From contig NC_068989.1 of assembly GCF_001194135.2 (NCBI RefSeq), positions 17,646,229 through 17,698,604 on the forward strand: a stretch of DNA of 52,376 nt, read 5' to 3'. This document shows positions 46,930-52,376 of the stretch, piece by piece. The DNA comes from Octopus bimaculoides (Eukaryota). Below the pieces are notes generated by a model, which worked only from the letters and a program-made list of their open reading frames with translations, searched no databases and was not told the DNA's origin. The first letter of the stretch is position 1. Every line of letters begins with the position of its first letter. The position numbers and the translations under genes are program-made.

Positions 46930-49400
46930 AGTTGGAATCTCAATGTGCCGGTTTCGACGCTAAAACTATTAGAGTTATCAGAATCTGGAATGTACGGACA
47001 TTGCATCAGAGCGAGAAGATGACACAACTATTGAAACTATTTGCAGTTGCCTACTTGTCATCCTGAATTGGATATGAAGTGGAAAATCAAGCAAGGAAAA
47101 GAGACCAGTAAAATGTTCTAGCATACTTGTGAGTCATCCTGATACTAAGTAAAAGAAACTTCCAGTGCACTCATGTGTTAGACGCCAGTCGGTTATTGCG
47201 TCATCGCAATGCATTTTCACTCACAGCTTTGTAAAGAACCTCTTCAGTCAAGTTTATGCGCCGAAGATGAAACGATGCAGTGATGAGTGTCTTCTATGAA
47301 CAACTGAAAGATTCAGCTCTAATGCTATCCCCAGTCGTAATAACAAACTGCTTCAATGTAAAGATTAGAAGGGAACGGCAAGAAGCTAAGCCGTGCACGT
47401 TATCGGATCACATAGATCTAATAAGGAAACCAGTTTAAAAAAGTAGTTTGATATTGTTCTGAAACATGAACAGGAACACACATTTTGTGTACACACATAA
47501 TCCATAAAAGGACATGCAAGAAGAACGTGCAAGATGAGAACAACAAGAAAGAAATTATTTATGTCTAATTCAATTTGAAGACCACTTCACAAGATGTGTG
47601 AAGTGCCGATGTTGGAGCAGATTACCACCAGCTGAAAGTGACAGGGAAGTTCTGTTAAAGAAACAGACGTTATCAGTGTTTGGTCGCGAAAAAGCAAAAA
47701 TACATCACAACACCAGTGCAGTACTACTTTCTGTCCATGAATAAACTTCAGCTTCCACAAGATTGAAGATTAGTGGGCAATTAATAACACTAACAGCTCA
47801 TAATGTACTATCAATCGCAGAAGTGGAAGGAGACAAGAACATTGTACAGAAAAAGAATCACAAAACCTAAATAATTTACGTTGTGCCTTAAAGAACGGAA
47901 GGAATCAAGAAAAAACCCGCAAAGGGGGGGGGGAGAACAAACTGTTACAGATATTAGATATCAGACTGTCAAGTGAAGTGGAGCCACAAAGCTGAAAAAA
48001 AGGGGAGACTGGAAAGAAAAAGGCAAAAATTACCAAAAGGCGCAGGTAGTAAGAACAATGCAAAAACACTCTATCGTTTTGTTAGAGAGATCATGTTAAA
48101 AAAGTAACAGCTGTGTGCCAGTCAAGGACAAAACTAGTAACATTTGGTTTACATAAAAGGAACAAATCCTGGTAGTTTGCGCAAATTTCAACTGGAACTA
48201 AGCCACCAAGATTCAGTCGTACGTTTTGACTTCAACTTAGATCCACCAGCTGAATTTCTGTAAGATCTGATGAGATCATCAAGGAAGAAATACAAGCGCT
48301 GAAGAAACTAAACCGTAGCAAAGCTAATGGTTATCATAAAATTTCAGCTGAACACTTGGGCCACAACAGCGAGTCCTTGATGATTATAATACTTTCAAAC
48401 ATGGAAACCTTGTACACTGCAACTATTGCTGAAGAAATAAATTGCTCTCTATACCAGAAAAGCTTTACGAATTGCATTATTGAATAAGATTCGACAGAAC
48501 ACTGATTGTTTTTGAGAGGACAATCAACAAAGTTTAGTTCTTGCTGCATCTTCCACTCAGCGAATTTTCACGCCGGCATTATGAGAATAAATGTTCATGC
48601 TGCAAAACTGTGCATAGAGTTCCAGTATGTTTTTCTGGTCTACTTTGTAAATTTCATAGAAGTCTTGATAGCATCTATGGGTAGTCATTATGAAAGATCT
48701 CTCAAGCCATGGTATATCCAACAGTCTCCTGCTATGTCAGGACGGATGCTGGCTAAACCGATCTGTAATATCATCATTGGCATTCGCCAGCTGCAGCCAC
48801 CCTCCAATTCTCTTTTCTCCAGCAGAAGAATTTGAAACGAAGATAGCCAATGGGAGAACTGTACGACTTCGGTGGAGTATAACGAAAATACTTTGTAATC
48901 TGAATTTTGCCGATGATATTACATTGCTGATAGAACCAAGGGCTGAACTGCAAGAACCAGCTATCTGGCTCAAATAACAAGCAGTAGGGATAGAAGCATA
49001 GAAAGTGACTGGGACAGTAGAATTAGCAAGGTATTCCAGTTCACGTAGTAAATCTGGACCATAATAGCCATCATTACTAAAATGAAAATCCGACTTTACG
49101 TGCAATAGTTTTGCTAACAATGAAACACGGAAATGATGGCGATGAGACGATTGTGGTGAGGAAGCTAAATGCATTCTACCAAAGCTGCGTCCGGAATTTC
49201 TTCAAATTCATCTGGCGAACCGAATCACAGATGACGAAATTTTTCTGCGAAGCAAAACCCACCTGCTACAAAACGTCGTGCTGCATCGATGTTGCCTAGC
49301 AGGTGATACTTTGCGCCTAGCAGTAACTGAGCAGGTAAAGACTACACTAATGTAAACACAAGATGAAAAATATTGGTAAAAGGACCAGCTCAGTACTAGT
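46930..49400 (+). mobile_element. Highly decayed RTE-like LINE (endonuclease to RT)
   Basis: Fragmentary motifs: EEIQALKKL..SKANG, KALRIALLNKI..D.FLR, CIEFQ..LVYFVNF, LSSHGI, ILCNLNFADDITLL; many stops and frameshifts. Confidence 0.7.
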
Positions 49401-49674
49401 TCGCCTGGCACTGAACGTTCCAGGAAAACCACAAACACACAAGGAATATTTGAATAGGAGAGAAGAGAATTAAGTTATAGTAAACTTGGGGTGCGCATTG
49501 TTAGAGACGAACAAGTCATATTGCTTGCCGCTTATGACACGTGAATAATGAACCTAACATACACAATATTACTAAATAATTAAACAGTATGTATATATTA
49601 CATATGTAGCTAAAATGGAAAGCTTTTGTGAGATACTATGTAAGTTTATAGATACAGTTTTTTTGCATGTATGT

Positions 49675-49725
<51 letters not shown>

Positions 49726-52323
49726 GTGTAAAAGTCAAAGTTTGTAGACCATTTTTTAAGCTCAAATTTATGGGGTCAACTATTACATGGATACTATTTC
49801 CGAGGGGCTGAAATTCAAGCCAGAATCCGAAGTATCGTATCAGCAGCAGAAGTCCAACTGATCTCCAAGTGAAAAACAAAAAAACACAATGAATTACAGT
49901 AATATTATCAATTCTGTTCATCAACACACATGTCCTAGTAAAATATAAAGATAGCATGGGAACCACTGATCTAGTGATTAGTTGAATGTTTTTAGGCTTA
50001 CCAAAGTTATTCCTTTGTACGAATTCAGACAGTGGCGTTTGTCAGTGTTCACCAACAGTGCTGTCTGTGAAACATGTTTCTCACCATGTAAACAACGAGT
50101 TTATGACTCATGTGCTTATTGTACTTGCAGACGTTTGCAGCCTTGCAGCATATCCTATGCATACATTTTAGTAATGGTGATGTAGCATCCATCAACAGAT
50201 GTGTAGTGCTCGCTATTGAATGGTGTTTTACTATAAGCAGCGAGCATTCTATTAAAAGCACCAATCATTCCACCTATTAGCACGCTATAGTAAGGTAGCC
50301 ACACAATCTTATAACAGTGTTAACTCTATGTACAGGATAATACAGTACCTTGACCCACAAATGTGCTGTTGTTCGTGAAATACTAGGGTCGACTTTTATA
50401 CGGGATTTACGAAAACTCCCAACAGAAATAACAACACTTGAATTGAAACGTCATCATTTTCAGAATATGAAAATTATCGTGAACAATCAAATGATCGTTG
50501 AGAAAGACGGAGGGATCGAGAAGATTATGCAAAACCTAAAATCATTCAACTCATTTACACCCTGTCCGCACCCCCAAAAAACAAAACAACAACAAAAAAA
50601 CCGCTTATGAAAACTGTCTTATTTTACAGGCGACATTAAGCTTCAGAAAGTTATCAACCAGATAAAAAACGCCTCTGATCTGCATCCAGTAATTCAATTA
50701 ATGAAACAAAACAATATATATCTGAATGACGAGAATTTGAAGCTCATTCTCTTAAATGGTCACATTTATTCAATCAGGAGAACCTCTCATCGTCAGAAAC
50801 AACGTTAGATGGACAGCCCATATAAACAGTATTGGGGATATGGCTCACAGAAAGCTCAGAATGTTTCAGTTCAGAGATCCAAATCATCCTTATATTCTCT
50901 TCCGTTTCTTAATCCCACATACCTTTTGATTTTTATGGCCATCTCGCAGCAAATATTACTAGAATGGGAGAATATTAAAGGACGAATACAAAAAAAGTAT
51001 TAACTTTTTACGGGCCTTGATTACTGGGATCGCATGAAAACATTCAGATATCAATCTCTTCAACACTCGTTGAGCTCACTATAATCTGTACTATTTCAGC
51101 TGTTTGGAAAATATTGCTGATAATATATCTTCCGAACAATGCAAATTACTCAGAATCAACTTCGTACTAATTACTCTCTAGAATAGACCTCAGGAAATCC
51201 TGGACCAATCTTTTATAAATCTGTAGTGATTTAAACTCACTAAAGCATTCTGTTCTCTTGGTAAGTTGTATTAACATATATTTGCATGTTCATAAAACTA
51301 ATAAATATAGATATAATCAGACAAGATAGCATACACACATATATATGTATACTTACATAAATACACATATATGCGAGTGTGTATGCATGCACGAATGTAT
51401 CAATAAGGGGATAGAATTTAAACAAATAAAGTGTATATGCATACCAATTAAATAGCAATATGAAACTATAATAAATAGATATATTTAGGATAAGTTATAA
51501 ATTACTCCGTGAGTTCACACGGAATGAGAAGGTATTTAGAAGACTACATGCTTATCATAAGCACGTGTAAGTTTGAGAAAATATGTATTGTTCTACCTAA
51601 AAGGGACTGAGAATGTATGTTAAAATTTAAATAACACGAAGTGTTGAAGTGCAGAAGGTTTGTTTAAAAGAGAATAAGCACTGTGATGGTAACAACAATG
51701 GGACATCAACAACGATTTGTAGGTTTAAATTGTAGAAAGTTGTCATATTTTTTATCCTGTTTCAAAATAGCATTTCAGCGCACTAAACTGTGTTCTCTTC
51801 ATGGATATGTAAAGATTTTATACTCTCCATGACGAAAAAAATTAATCAAAAGCAGACGACTGAATAAATAATATATGAAATGTGAGACCTCACAACAGGC
51901 GAAGTTATAATCTTAAATACATCAATATTGACTACTTTATATTAACTTCAACCTGCTCAATTCAATATCACCTCCAAATCGACAAAGCAACTAACAGCTT
52001 CGAGTAAATTTGAATCTAATTATATTAACATGGTTTTAAGCAACCCAGATAAACCACCTTTTTATGGTTTCAAACAACAACTAGCATTCTTCGAAAGGAA
52101 TGACGAATTACTCTTTACTCTTTTACTCTTTTACTTGTTTCAGTCATTTGACTGTGGCCATGCTGGAGCACCGCCTTTAGTCGAGAAAATCGACCCCAGG
52201 ACTTATTTTTTGTAAGCCTAGTACTTATTCTATCGGTCTCTTTTTCCGAACCGCTAGGTTACGGGGACGTAAACACACCAGCATCGGTTGTCAAGCCATG
52301 GTGGGGGAACAAACACAGACACA

Positions 52324-52371
<48 letters not shown>

Positions 52372-52376
52372 CATAT

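Noticed and set aside
49982-50264. Cys-rich short ORFs on both strands
   Set aside because: No recognisable domain spacing or splice support; likely a decayed DNA-transposon fragment.

Overview
AT-rich, gapped eukaryotic (metazoan) genomic DNA, dense in microsatellites and repeats. The SINE families and repeat style suggest an octopus/cephalopod scaffold (inference). I find one protein-coding gene, on the minus strand, with 11 coding exons spanning 44215..10643. Assembled by hand from GT-AG junctions with consistent phases, the CDS is 2499 nt (832 aa plus stop). Its architecture is signal peptide - Notch-ligand C2/MNNL domain - DSL domain - 15 EGF repeats - one chitin-binding peritrophin-A (ChtBD2/CBM14) domain - stop, with no transmembrane or cytoplasmic segment. 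This predicts a secreted Delta/Serrate-like protein ending in a chitin-binding module, with a remodelled DSL Notch-binding loop. Its introns hold a dead EGF pseudo-exon, several long hairpins/foldbacks, Penelope-derived hammerhead-like motifs, and decayed RTE, CRE, R4-like, Penelope, hAT and DD37D (maT-type) elements plus four tRNA-derived SINE families. No rRNA, true tRNA or CRISPR features are supported. All translations, alignments and family assignments were made by eye or from memory, without database searches.
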